Translations under genes and position numbers: made by a program
Part shown: one piece after another, positions 33,942 to 42,244 of the stretch
Layout of the letters: each line of letters begins with the position of its first letter
How positions within the stretch are numbered: the first letter of the stretch is position 1
NCBI GenBank assembly: GCA_016700315.1
Contig: CP065013.1
Location: 65,449-129,448, forward strand
Length of the DNA stretch: 64,000 nucleotides
From: Candidatus Saccharimonadota bacterium
GTDB taxonomy: Bacteria; Patescibacteriota; Saccharimonadia; Saccharimonadales; SZUA-47
Direction: 5' to 3'
Notes under the pieces: generated by a model
Database searches by the model: none
The model's input: only the letters and a program-made list of their open reading frames with translations
Told to the model about the DNA's origin: nothing

Positions 33942-34916
33942 CTACGGGCGGAGGGCGCCGGCAAAGACCTGCCATGCCAGTAAAGTTTTGGCTACAAGAC
34001 TGAGCACAATATAAGTTTTTTCACCATAAAGGTAGTCTGCCCAGCGACCTTTGCGCTTGTACTGAAGCCACATGTTGATAGCAAACGAGTTAAACATCAA
34101 GAATATGCTAACTAGTATTGCGTAGACAAAAGTTGGTGGGCTAGCTTCACCGTAGCGGCTTGAACCAAAAACGTACCACGCATAAACAAACCAAGGTAAC
34201 GCGCCGGCCACACAACCTACAACGTAGCTTGACCAATTAACTTTTTCGCTCCGCTTGTTATGTAGCTCCATTACCAAACCGCATAGATTCATGACTGCCG
34301 TTAGGCCAAACATCATCAGAAGCGTCGCTAAGTCTGCCACACCGGCAATCATGGCAATCGCTACAATCATAGTGCTGGCACTAAGCGAATACTCATACCA
34401 ACGAGCACGGTTAATGCCCTGGCTTAGATCGCTTTCATATTTTTTACGATACCAGGTGCTAACTGAGAAGTGAGCGATCGCCGATAGGGCAAAAAATGCC
34501 GCAATAACATAAGCAAGGTTTAAATCAAAGAAGCTCCTTGATGCATTGACCAATACTGGTGCGCTGCCTCCGGCTAGACTATCAGTTGTCAAATAACTAG
34601 TTGTAACTGGGAAGGTTCGATTACTTGCCAACAGTACAACTGCCACAGCCTGAGCTAAATGCAATAAGCCCGCTGCCATATTCCAGCGGCGAAGCCTCTC
34701 CATGACCGACAATGATTTATTTTTACTCTTGCTGTTTGTTGAATTCTCGACTTTACTTACAGGCTTAATTGAAGCGATTTTTGATGCTTTGGCAATTGCC
34801 GATTTTGTTGTTTTTGTGCTAGATTTCTTAGTTGTTTTAGAGCTAACTTTTTTGCCAGTTTGTTTAACGGTACTAGCTGTCCGCTTTGTGGTTGTACTTT
34901 TCCTCTTTGTAGCCAT
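33942..34916 (-). CDS. heliorhodopsin with a Lys/Ser/Thr-rich N-terminal extension
   Basis: 324 aa. RWYEYSLSASTMIVAIAMIAGVADL and GEKTYIVLSLVAKTLLAWQVFAGAL match my memory of heliorhodopsin 48C12 (RWVEYSLSSSVMIV, ERAYIVLSLVAKSALAWQIF). An alternative start at Met72 is at 34703. Confidence 0.85.
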   Translation of the reverse strand: MATKRKSTTTKRTASTVKQTGKKVSSKTTKKSSTKTTKSAIAKASKIASIKPVSKVENSTNSKSKNKSLSVMERLRRWNMAAGLLHLAQAVAVVLLASNRTFPVTTSYLTTDSLAGGSAPVLVNASRSFFDLNLAYVIAAFFALSAIAHFSVSTWYRKKYESDLSQGINRARWYEYSLSASTMIVAIAMIAGVADLATLLMMFGLTAVMNLCGLVMELHNKRSEKVNWSSYVVGCVAGALPWFVYAWYVFGSSRYGEASPPTFVYAILVSIFLMFNSFAINMWLQYKRKGRWADYLYGEKTYIVLSLVAKTLLAWQVFAGALRP

Positions 34917-34955
34917 AATGAGTTAAGTGTAACAGCGGCAAGCCAAACATACAAA

Positions 34956-35609
34956 TTACTGCTGAATTTCTGACATCAACTGCTCAAAAATCGGTCTCGT
35001 GAACGCTTCGTTTTCGCTAGAATTACCATTACTCGCATTAACTGAAAATATCCGGTTTTGCTGTAATGTCATGAAGCCTTCGTTCGAGTATATAACTCTT
35101 TGGTTCTGTACTTGAGCAAGCTCAAAGGCTTGATTCTGCCCAGCTTTTAGAAAGTAGTCAAACACGGCTGCGGCTTTTTGAGGACTGCTATAGCTGACCA
35201 AGCTCAGACTAACAAACTTTTGATTGTTATCCTTGTTGTGATAAACACAGGATTCATTTAAACCACTCTCAAGATCAGGCTTGTTGTGGTCTATCCTGGC
35301 ATAGAAAACACTTGGTGTGTTAATGATGGTTTTGCTTACATCACCTGCTAAGAATTGCTTAGCTTTTTTGTCGGTTAACAGCCCGCAGCCAAAACCTAGA
35401 CTAGCCTTTTGTGCAGCAAAGCTTCTATCATAGACGTCGTTCTGGTCACGCGAAACAGTGACTAGCAAGCTATTTTGTAATGCCAAAGCTGCAATTGAAA
35501 TAAAAAACCAGAATATTAGAATTAGTAACAATAGATTCCTGTATTTAGATTTCAAGTTATTACCACCAACCTTTTTTTGTTCAATGGTTTTTTTAGTCTT
35601 TTTTGTCAT
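34956..35609 (-). CDS. hypothetical membrane-anchored protein
   Basis: 217 aa with one N-terminal TM helix (LLLLILIFWFFISIAALAL). No recognised family. Confidence 0.5.
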   Translation of the reverse strand: MTKKTKKTIEQKKVGGNNLKSKYRNLLLLILIFWFFISIAALALQNSLLVTVSRDQNDVYDRSFAAQKASLGFGCGLLTDKKAKQFLAGDVSKTIINTPSVFYARIDHNKPDLESGLNESCVYHNKDNNQKFVSLSLVSYSSPQKAAAVFDYFLKAGQNQAFELAQVQNQRVIYSNEGFMTLQQNRIFSVNASNGNSSENEAFTRPIFEQLMSEIQQ

Positions 35610-35618
35610 ACTCTTTGG

Positions 35619-35921
35619 TTAGTCGGTAATCTTTACATTGCCATAGAAGGCTATGTATCCAGCAAATTCCCTGCCTACTCGCTGAACAGCCGAGGCCATC
35701 GGTTCTGGATAGCACCAGGCGTTGTCTTCTGACCAGTCTTCGCCTTCACCGACATCGAAGAACTGGCAGGCACCCTTCCACGGACATGTGTATGGTGTGT
35801 CACTTTTTCGCAAAAGTTTAAGATTGACGCTACTAGGCGGAAAATACCAGTTGCCTTCAATATTAACTAGGTCGTCTTGCACAGATTCGGCAACTATTTT
35901 ATCTTTCCAAATGGCCTTCAT
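35619..35921 (-). CDS. DUF427 domain protein
   Basis: 100 aa. AIWKDKIVAES...IEGNWYFPP...YTCPWKGACQFFDV matches my memory of the DUF427 pattern. Confidence 0.65.
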   Translation of the reverse strand: MKAIWKDKIVAESVQDDLVNIEGNWYFPPSSVNLKLLRKSDTPYTCPWKGACQFFDVGEGEDWSEDNAWCYPEPMASAVQRVGREFAGYIAFYGNVKITD

Positions 35922-35939
35922 AATGCCCCTTTTTTAGCT

Positions 35940-37328
35940 TTACTCTGTTCTGAGAGCCTCAATAGGATCAAGCTTGGCGGCTTTACGGGCCGGCAAATAA
36001 CCTGCCATTATTGCTACAAAACAGAGAACCAAAAGCAGCATGACTACCTGCTCAATTCTAAAGATCAATAGATCATTGCCTAGATCGAGTTTCTTGCTAA
36101 TCCATGGGTTCATCATTGTCCCCACAACAAAGGCTATCAGCGCACCTAAGATACCGCCGAGTAAACCAATCCACCCAGCTTCGAGCATGAACAGCCTTCG
36201 CACATCACGGTTGCGCATACCCAATGCTTTCATTAAGCCAATCTCGCGAGTACGCTCTAACACGCTAATGTACTGCGTGTTGACAATGCCGAAGATTGAG
36301 GCGATGAGGGTTATGAACCCAAAAACCGCCACGACAATCTGAAGTGTATCAACTATTTGTGTGACTGATTTCTGGATTTCTCTTGTACCGATGACGTAAT
36401 AGCCTTTTTTGCCGAGATCGTCTCGGGCTTCGTCCATTGCTTTTTGATCTTGGCCATTTCGTATACGTACATATGCGTAAATATACTTACCATAGCCAGA
36501 CGTATCTTTAGAGGTATATTCGTATATGTCGCTGGCATCTTTCTCGGAAACAATGAATGGTGGCGCACCAAAACTAAAACTAGTTGGTGATTTTCGACTA
36601 ACTGCTGAGATAGTTAACACCATATCCTTGCTGGCAACTTGTGACTCAGCCAGACTCTGCGGGTTTAGCTGCCCACTTTTAAAACTATCAACTAAACTCT
36701 GTACATTTGCAGTAGTAAAAGATTGTTGAATGTTCAGATTCACGGTTTTGCCAAGAGCTTCGTTAGCATCTTTGAAACCCAAAGCACCCAAAAAATTATC
36801 TGGAATAATGATGTGCCCCGGGCTTAGTGAGTCCTGGTCTAGATTGCCAGCTGTTATTTCTGGCCGCTGCGCCGGGTTAAACCCGATCAAACTTAGTGCA
36901 TACTTTTTCTGGCCTTCGCGGGTAATGTAGCGAGCTGAAATTTGCGTTTCTTCCCTGACTCTTTCAGCGTAAGGTAGAGACTTTAGCTCAGCTAGATCGG
37001 TGCTGCTAACTTGTTTTATTGCGATGCTACTCGAACCGCCACCACCGCCACCGAAGTTTAGGTTGGATGTATTCTCGTCATACTCTTTTGGTGCGGTGTT
37101 TGGGCTGCCGGTATTAGCCACTTCCGGGTCGCGGCCAACTATCAGCTCAGATGGGTCAAAATTACTCTTAATAAGATTCGAGGTGTACTGCCTAATGCCA
37201 TTACCGGCTGCCAAAGTTGCTGTAAGCGTAAAACCTCCAACAGCAATGGCGAGTGCCGTTAGAATCGTGCGGCCTTTAGCACTCCGCAAACTTCGGCCAC
37301 TTCGAGCAATTGTATCAAGCAATCTCAT
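35940..37328 (-). CDS. ABC transporter permease, MacB/FtsX type
   Basis: 462 aa with an N-terminal TM helix, a large periplasm-like loop and a C-terminal FtsX-type 3-TM bundle (REIGLMKALGMRNRDV). It overlaps the ATPase gene by 4 nt. Confidence 0.8.
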   Translation of the reverse strand: MRLLDTIARSGRSLRSAKGRTILTALAIAVGGFTLTATLAAGNGIRQYTSNLIKSNFDPSELIVGRDPEVANTGSPNTAPKEYDENTSNLNFGGGGGGSSSIAIKQVSSTDLAELKSLPYAERVREETQISARYITREGQKKYALSLIGFNPAQRPEITAGNLDQDSLSPGHIIIPDNFLGALGFKDANEALGKTVNLNIQQSFTTANVQSLVDSFKSGQLNPQSLAESQVASKDMVLTISAVSRKSPTSFSFGAPPFIVSEKDASDIYEYTSKDTSGYGKYIYAYVRIRNGQDQKAMDEARDDLGKKGYYVIGTREIQKSVTQIVDTLQIVVAVFGFITLIASIFGIVNTQYISVLERTREIGLMKALGMRNRDVRRLFMLEAGWIGLLGGILGALIAFVVGTMMNPWISKKLDLGNDLLIFRIEQVVMLLLVLCFVAIMAGYLPARKAAKLDPIEALRTE

Positions 37329-38023
37329 TTTTTGCCTCCAGCTTTGGCGGCGCCAGTGATCTTTTCTAGCCGTCCGTCTTTGATGTAAACTTTTATGTCA
37401 CACATACTAGCCAGGTCATGATCGTGGGTCACCATAACCAAAGTTGCACCCAGTTTTTTGTTCATGTTAAAGAGCAGCTGCATGATTTTGTCACCAGTCT
37501 CACTATCGAGGTTGCCTGTAGGCTCATCGGCAAAAATTATGCTTGGTTTGTTAACAATTGCTCTGGCTATCGCCAAGCGCTGCTTCTGGCCACCAGATAG
37601 ATTACGAGCTCTTGAATCGGCTTTGTCGGCAAGCTCAACTTGCGTTAAAGCCTGGAGTGCCCTTGCCTTTCGAGCCCTTGGTCTGACATTGGAAATTTCT
37701 AGAGGTAAGCTGACATTGCTAAGAACTTTTTGGTTGGCCTCGACAAAGAACGACTGAAAAACAAAACCCATTTTTTTGCTTCTAAAACTGTCTTTGGCCT
37801 TGGCTTTCATCCCAGCAATATTTACACCGTCAACAATCACTTGGCCTTCTGTTGCAGGGTCAAGCCCACTCATGACGTGCATCAGAGTGCTCTTGCCAGA
37901 GCCGCTTTTACCCACTATCGCCACACTAGCGCCATCAGGAATTGAAAAGCTCACTTCTGAGAGAGCAGTGAAGGCAGTCTCTTTTTTGCCATAAGTCTTG
38001 GATATATTTTTTAGTTCAATCAT
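37325..38023 (-). CDS. ABC transporter ATP-binding protein (MacB/LolD-like)
   Basis: 232 aa with Walker A GKSGSGKST, signature LSGGQKQR and Walker B IIFADEPT. Confidence 0.9.
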   Translation of the reverse strand: MIELKNISKTYGKKETAFTALSEVSFSIPDGASVAIVGKSGSGKSTLMHVMSGLDPATEGQVIVDGVNIAGMKAKAKDSFRSKKMGFVFQSFFVEANQKVLSNVSLPLEISNVRPRARKARALQALTQVELADKADSRARNLSGGQKQRLAIARAIVNKPSIIFADEPTGNLDSETGDKIMQLLFNMNKKLGATLVMVTHDHDLASMCDIKVYIKDGRLEKITGAAKAGGKK

Positions 38024-38038
38024 TACTATTATTGTACA

Positions 38039-39286
38039 CTAATTTAATACTTCAATTATGGGGATTGGGATCGTGCATATTTCCGGACAACTGTCTTCGC
38101 TAGTATCGACCGCCGTAGTGTCGACAGACAAAACGCCACTTTCGTTGACAACCGTCTTTATCTTGGATATATCAATATTTTTATGGGTAGTAAGCTTGAC
38201 GTTGCTGTACCAAGTGTCTAAAACATGATTATTGATCTTGCTGTTGTCACTAACTTCGAGCTTACCGCTTACAATTATGGAGTTGAACGGCTTCAGTGTT
38301 CTACTTTCAACGCTATACGTGCTACGATAACGCGCTTCCAACTTTGGCGCAGTACTACCAATCATACTCAATCCCAAGCAAAAGCTGAATGCCATAATAA
38401 CACCGAACCAGTTTGCCTTACGTTCTGACATGGCCCTTTTCTTACGAATTATTCTCAGGCTAACCATTACTATGCCTGCGAAAAACAGCAATACCGACAG
38501 TATCGTAAACCCAAAACCAAACTTCTCAATTAGGGTTAGTGGGAAAATATCGACTCCGTTTAACTTCAGATTTGCAAAATATATATAACTTGCCGCTGTA
38601 AAAACCCCGAACAAAGACAATAAAGAAACTACAAGTAAGATATAGGCGAAAAAATTAACAACTAGGCTGACGATAAAAGATGCAGCTTTTGTGAACTTCT
38701 TGCTAGCCTGAGTGGTTTTATCGTTGATGTTTAGAGATTCGATTCTCTCTTTTATATTATCAACTGTCACGGGGATCCCCTGCATCTTGAGTCTGTCTGA
38801 TTCGGTTATTGCTTGAGGGAGCAATATCCACATCGCAACATACAGCATGACACCGAAACCACTACCAAATGCTAGTGCGATGAATAGTAGTCGAAACCAC
38901 AGAGGATCGGTTTCAAAATATACACCCAAACCACTGGCCACGCCTCCGATTATCTGACCCTCTGGGTCTCGCATCAGTTTACGGCTTTCGTTTGTTTTTG
39001 ATCTACTATTATACCTGTCACCTACCGGTTCGTCACTTTCAAAGTCTACCGGCTGACCAAGCTGGTTTTTTAAGTATTCAATATCTTCTTTTAGAACAAC
39101 CTTTTCATTAGCGATACCACGATTCTCAATTAGTAGTTCGGCCATTCGTGCTTCAATTTCGTTAACAACTTCTTCACTTTCGGCGTGTTTTTTGACAGCC
39201 TCTAGGTACACTTGCAGGTGTTTGTAGGCATCGTGCGCAATCACGAATTGCGAACGGTTAAGGTTGATGCGTTTCACTTCGTTCAT
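38039..39286 (-). CDS. PspC-domain membrane protein
   Basis: 415 aa. The PspC motif reads IIGGVASGLGVYFETDPLWFRLLFIALAF. Further TM helices follow. It overlaps the PadR gene by 4 nt. Confidence 0.7.
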   Translation of the reverse strand: MNEVKRINLNRSQFVIAHDAYKHLQVYLEAVKKHAESEEVVNEIEARMAELLIENRGIANEKVVLKEDIEYLKNQLGQPVDFESDEPVGDRYNSRSKTNESRKLMRDPEGQIIGGVASGLGVYFETDPLWFRLLFIALAFGSGFGVMLYVAMWILLPQAITESDRLKMQGIPVTVDNIKERIESLNINDKTTQASKKFTKAASFIVSLVVNFFAYILLVVSLLSLFGVFTAASYIYFANLKLNGVDIFPLTLIEKFGFGFTILSVLLFFAGIVMVSLRIIRKKRAMSERKANWFGVIMAFSFCLGLSMIGSTAPKLEARYRSTYSVESRTLKPFNSIIVSGKLEVSDNSKINNHVLDTWYSNVKLTTHKNIDISKIKTVVNESGVLSVDTTAVDTSEDSCPEICTIPIPIIEVLN

Positions 39287-39642
39287 CTGCTTTTTTCTCC
39301 TTCCAGTTTCTTTATCGCACTATTTAAATTCTTGTAGGCGGCCGCTAGACCCTTCATTACCGTTTTTCCCTCATCTGTTAACCAGTAGTATTTACGGGGC
39401 GGTCCCTGCTCTGACTCTTGCCATTCATAGCCCAAAAGCCCAATTCCAGCTAATCGGTTTAGCAGCGGATAGAGCGTCCCCTCGACGACGATTAGCTCAC
39501 TGGCGTGAAGTTTGACAATTATTTGACTGCTATACACTTTTCCTTGCGAACAAAGCAGTAGCACGGCGTAGGTTAAAGCGCCCTTTTTCATCTGTACGGC
39601 ACTTGATTCGACGAATTCGTTTTGGTCAGTAGTCTGATTCAT
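39283..39642 (-). CDS. PadR family transcriptional regulator
   Basis: 119 aa. GTLYPLLNRLAGIGLLGYEWQESEQGPPRKYYWLTDEGK is a typical PadR wing. Confidence 0.8.
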   Translation of the reverse strand: MNQTTDQNEFVESSAVQMKKGALTYAVLLLCSQGKVYSSQIIVKLHASELIVVEGTLYPLLNRLAGIGLLGYEWQESEQGPPRKYYWLTDEGKTVMKGLAAAYKNLNSAIKKLEGEKSR

Positions 39643-39763
39643 ACACTACTATGTTATACAAGGTAGTAAGTAATGTCAAGTACAAAATTTAATGTTAGGA
39701 AGCTTTTGCTTTAGATAACCCCAGCTCAACACAACACTTGGGTTGCCTTATGTCGATCTGGGG

Positions 39764-41266
39764 TTAAAGTACCAGTTTTTCTAAGCGAGCTTTTATAGAG
39801 CCTTCGTGACGGCCAAACTGCTGGCTCAATTGCCGGAATGTTTTGCCTTTTGAGTTTAGTTTGAGCAGTTTTTGGTCATCTTGCCCTGTCCATGGAGTAT
39901 AGGCATTCGGATACTCAAGTCTCATCTTGGCAAGTTTTTCTGCCCAAGTTCCGCCTGATTTAGTCTTTTTGAGCTTCTTTTGAGCACATGCTTTTTCCCA
40001 TGCGCTCTCTAGGGTTTTATACAAAGCGTCATTTTGGAGAGATGATTTTCGTAATTGTTTATCGATTTCCTGCGCACGCTCATTCATTGTTAGGGCCGTC
40101 CTGTTAAGCCCACCAAGACTCAAACTATCCAGCGACCTAACACGACTGATCGCTACGTAACCCATGCCCGGGACAAAGGCCTTTGATAGATCAATGTGCG
40201 CAGAGTCCAGGGTCATACCCTGGCTTTTGTGAATGGTGATCGCCCAGGCTAAGCGCAGCGGGATCTGACTAATGCTAGCTATCTTTTTTTCACCGTCTCT
40301 TAGTTCCCATGTTTCGTAGTCGGCAACTACTTGCTTACTGTTTTTGATTCTGACTATTGGCAATCCCGAATCTTCTTCAAAACCGACCACCTCGCCAAGC
40401 GTACCATTAACATATTTTTGCTCTTGGCTGTTTTTGACGAACATCACAAATGCACCCTCTTTAAGTTTCAAAACTTCTGGCGCTAGGCAACTTTTTTTGA
40501 GCGTAGCTACGCCCGTTTTGCGCCCACTTGAGTTCATAAAAAACTCATGTTCTTCACCCTCCACTGCGCCGAGCTTAGCGTTATTTATTACATCTACATT
40601 TATATTGTGAGTGTAGAGTTCTGTTGTCCCCTCCGGTAATTCAGTGCTTAAACGTCTATTCATTAGCGCCTCAACATGACGACGACGTAAATCATTCTCA
40701 CGAAAGGCCGTCAGAATTTCACTAAGCATGTCGTCGTTCTGACGATGCTGTTCCTCCAGATAACAAACTATTGGATCAAGCTCTTGCCATGAAAAACTAT
40801 CAAAAATAAAATCACCCTGCCTACTACCATCTCGGTTAATAGGTGGTAATTGGAAAAAGTCACCGCTCAGCACAACCTGCAAACCACCAAACGGTGAATC
40901 GTTTTCTCGAACCAATCTACAAACCTTTTCCACCATATCTAGCCTAAAATCATGAAGCATAGAAACTTCGTCGATGATCAAAATGTCGGAGGTTTGGATT
41001 TGTGCCTTTCGGCTCTTACTCATCGATTCGATCTGCCCTTTATTAAGTTCATCAGCGATACCAATACCCGCCCAGGAGTGTATCGTGTTTCCTCCAAGAT
41101 GAGTTGCAGCAAGGCCTGTGCTCGCGGTAACGGCTACTTTCTTTCCATTGGCCCTCGCCCACTTAACAAACTCGTTAAGAACGTACGTTTTTCCGCTACC
41201 TGCGGGCCCAGTCAAAAAAACAGAATTACCTTCACTCAAAATCCCCAGAGCCATAGCTTGCTTCAT
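39764..41266 (-). CDS. Pif1/RecD-like ATP-dependent DNA helicase with a C-terminal HTH-like tail
   Basis: 500 aa. It has Walker A LTGPAGSGKTY and the motifs ILIIDEVSML, VLSGDFFQLPP and ITIHKSQG. Confidence 0.8.
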   Translation of the reverse strand: MKQAMALGILSEGNSVFLTGPAGSGKTYVLNEFVKWARANGKKVAVTASTGLAATHLGGNTIHSWAGIGIADELNKGQIESMSKSRKAQIQTSDILIIDEVSMLHDFRLDMVEKVCRLVRENDSPFGGLQVVLSGDFFQLPPINRDGSRQGDFIFDSFSWQELDPIVCYLEEQHRQNDDMLSEILTAFRENDLRRRHVEALMNRRLSTELPEGTTELYTHNINVDVINNAKLGAVEGEEHEFFMNSSGRKTGVATLKKSCLAPEVLKLKEGAFVMFVKNSQEQKYVNGTLGEVVGFEEDSGLPIVRIKNSKQVVADYETWELRDGEKKIASISQIPLRLAWAITIHKSQGMTLDSAHIDLSKAFVPGMGYVAISRVRSLDSLSLGGLNRTALTMNERAQEIDKQLRKSSLQNDALYKTLESAWEKACAQKKLKKTKSGGTWAEKLAKMRLEYPNAYTPWTGQDDQKLLKLNSKGKTFRQLSQQFGRHEGSIKARLEKLVL

Positions 41267-41329
41267 CTGCTCTAGTATACACTCGCAGCAAGCTTGCAGT
41301 ATCCCATCTGGCCAGTTAAGACCTTAAAT

Positions 41330-41365
41330 ACAACAAACTTTGCGCACATGTGCAAAGTTTGTTGT
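41330..41365 (-). terminator. 14-bp perfect-stem hairpin downstream of the doc operon
   Basis: acaacaaactttgc / gcacatgt / gcaaagtttgttgt. It lies 14 nt after the doc stop. There is no clear U-tract, so the terminator role is tentative. Confidence 0.4.
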
Positions 41366-41378
41366 AGCTTTCTGATGT

Positions 41379-41762
41379 CTAGATACTGGAGGTGTGTGAT
41401 TTAAACCAAGCAGCTATTTCGGGAATATCCGCTTTCGAGAAGGCTATATGAACCGCAAAATCTTCTAGTTCTTTAGGCATAGCATTTAACAGATGGCCAT
41501 TCTGCATCATAAACAAAGCAGCACAAGTGATACCTGTTCTTTTGTTCCCATCAACAAAAAGATGATCAGAAATAACGATACGCGCGTAAACCGCAGCTTT
41601 TTCGAAAACTCCATTGTACTGCTCTTGCCCGAAAACGCTTTGTTGTGGTGCAGCTATAACCGAAAACAGACTTCTCTCATCACGAACACCATGACTTCCG
41701 CCATAGTCTTCAATTAGCTGAAAATGTATCAACAGAATATCTTCTGTACTAAGATACTTCAC
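41379..41762 (-). CDS. doc: Doc (death-on-curing) toxin, Fic superfamily
   Basis: 127 aa. The Doc motif reads HLFVDGNKRTG. Confidence 0.8.
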   Translation of the reverse strand: MKYLSTEDILLIHFQLIEDYGGSHGVRDERSLFSVIAAPQQSVFGQEQYNGVFEKAAVYARIVISDHLFVDGNKRTGITCAALFMMQNGHLLNAMPKELEDFAVHIAFSKADIPEIAAWFKSHTSSI

Positions 41763-41764
41763 TA

Positions 41765-41980
41765 TTATCTACCTGCTAGATTTTTGAGCGCCTGGCCGTA
41801 TTGCTGTTTAAATTTTTTGTAGTTTAGTGCTACTTCATTAGCAGGCGCTTCTAGCTTTTTAAATGTAACACTAACTTCATCGCCCGGTTTTAGGTTGAGG
41901 CTTTTGAGGTTTTTTGCAGGTATCGTGACTCCTGCGGATGTGCCAATTTTTATAATTTTTTGGATTGTTGTTACTGTCAT
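41765..41980 (-). CDS. AbrB/MazE/SpoVT-type antitoxin
   Basis: 71 aa. IKIGTSAGVTIPAKNLKSLNLKPGDEVSV is a swapped-hairpin barrel pattern. It lies 2 nt upstream of doc. Confidence 0.7.
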   Translation of the reverse strand: MTVTTIQKIIKIGTSAGVTIPAKNLKSLNLKPGDEVSVTFKKLEAPANEVALNYKKFKQQYGQALKNLAGR

Positions 41981-42040
41981 ACTATGACTTTAGCAAATTC
42001 CGCAAAATATTACAATATTATTATAATGTTTCCGAGAACT

Positions 42041-42165
42041 ACAGGAATTACGTGTTTAGTGCATTTTCGGATGAAAATAGAGTACCGCAAGCCGAGCCGT
42101 ACTCAACGTACGGTGAGCGCGTAACGGAGATTTTCATCAAAAAGGTGCAAACGTGTAATTCCTGT
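42041..42165 (+). ncRNA. candidate structured RNA or inverted-repeat element (three nested stems)
   Basis: The outer stem is 16 bp (42041-56 with 42150-65) and has two G-U pairs only if read on the + strand. The middle stem is 9 bp (42070-78 with 42130-38). The apical stem is 6 bp (42097-102 with 42108-113). No family assigned. Confidence 0.35.
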
Positions 42166-42244
42166 TTACTTGGGTTGACTAATGTCGAGCTGGGGGTTAT
42201 TAAAACTACCGCCCAAATTACGTCAGAGTCTTCATCTTATTTCT

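Noticed and set aside
42091-42116. Group II intron domain V, suggested by gagccgtac...gtacggt.
   Set aside because: The stem is only 6 bp, without the characteristic bulge or length. There is no intron-encoded protein, and there are no domain I-IV or VI sequences nearby.
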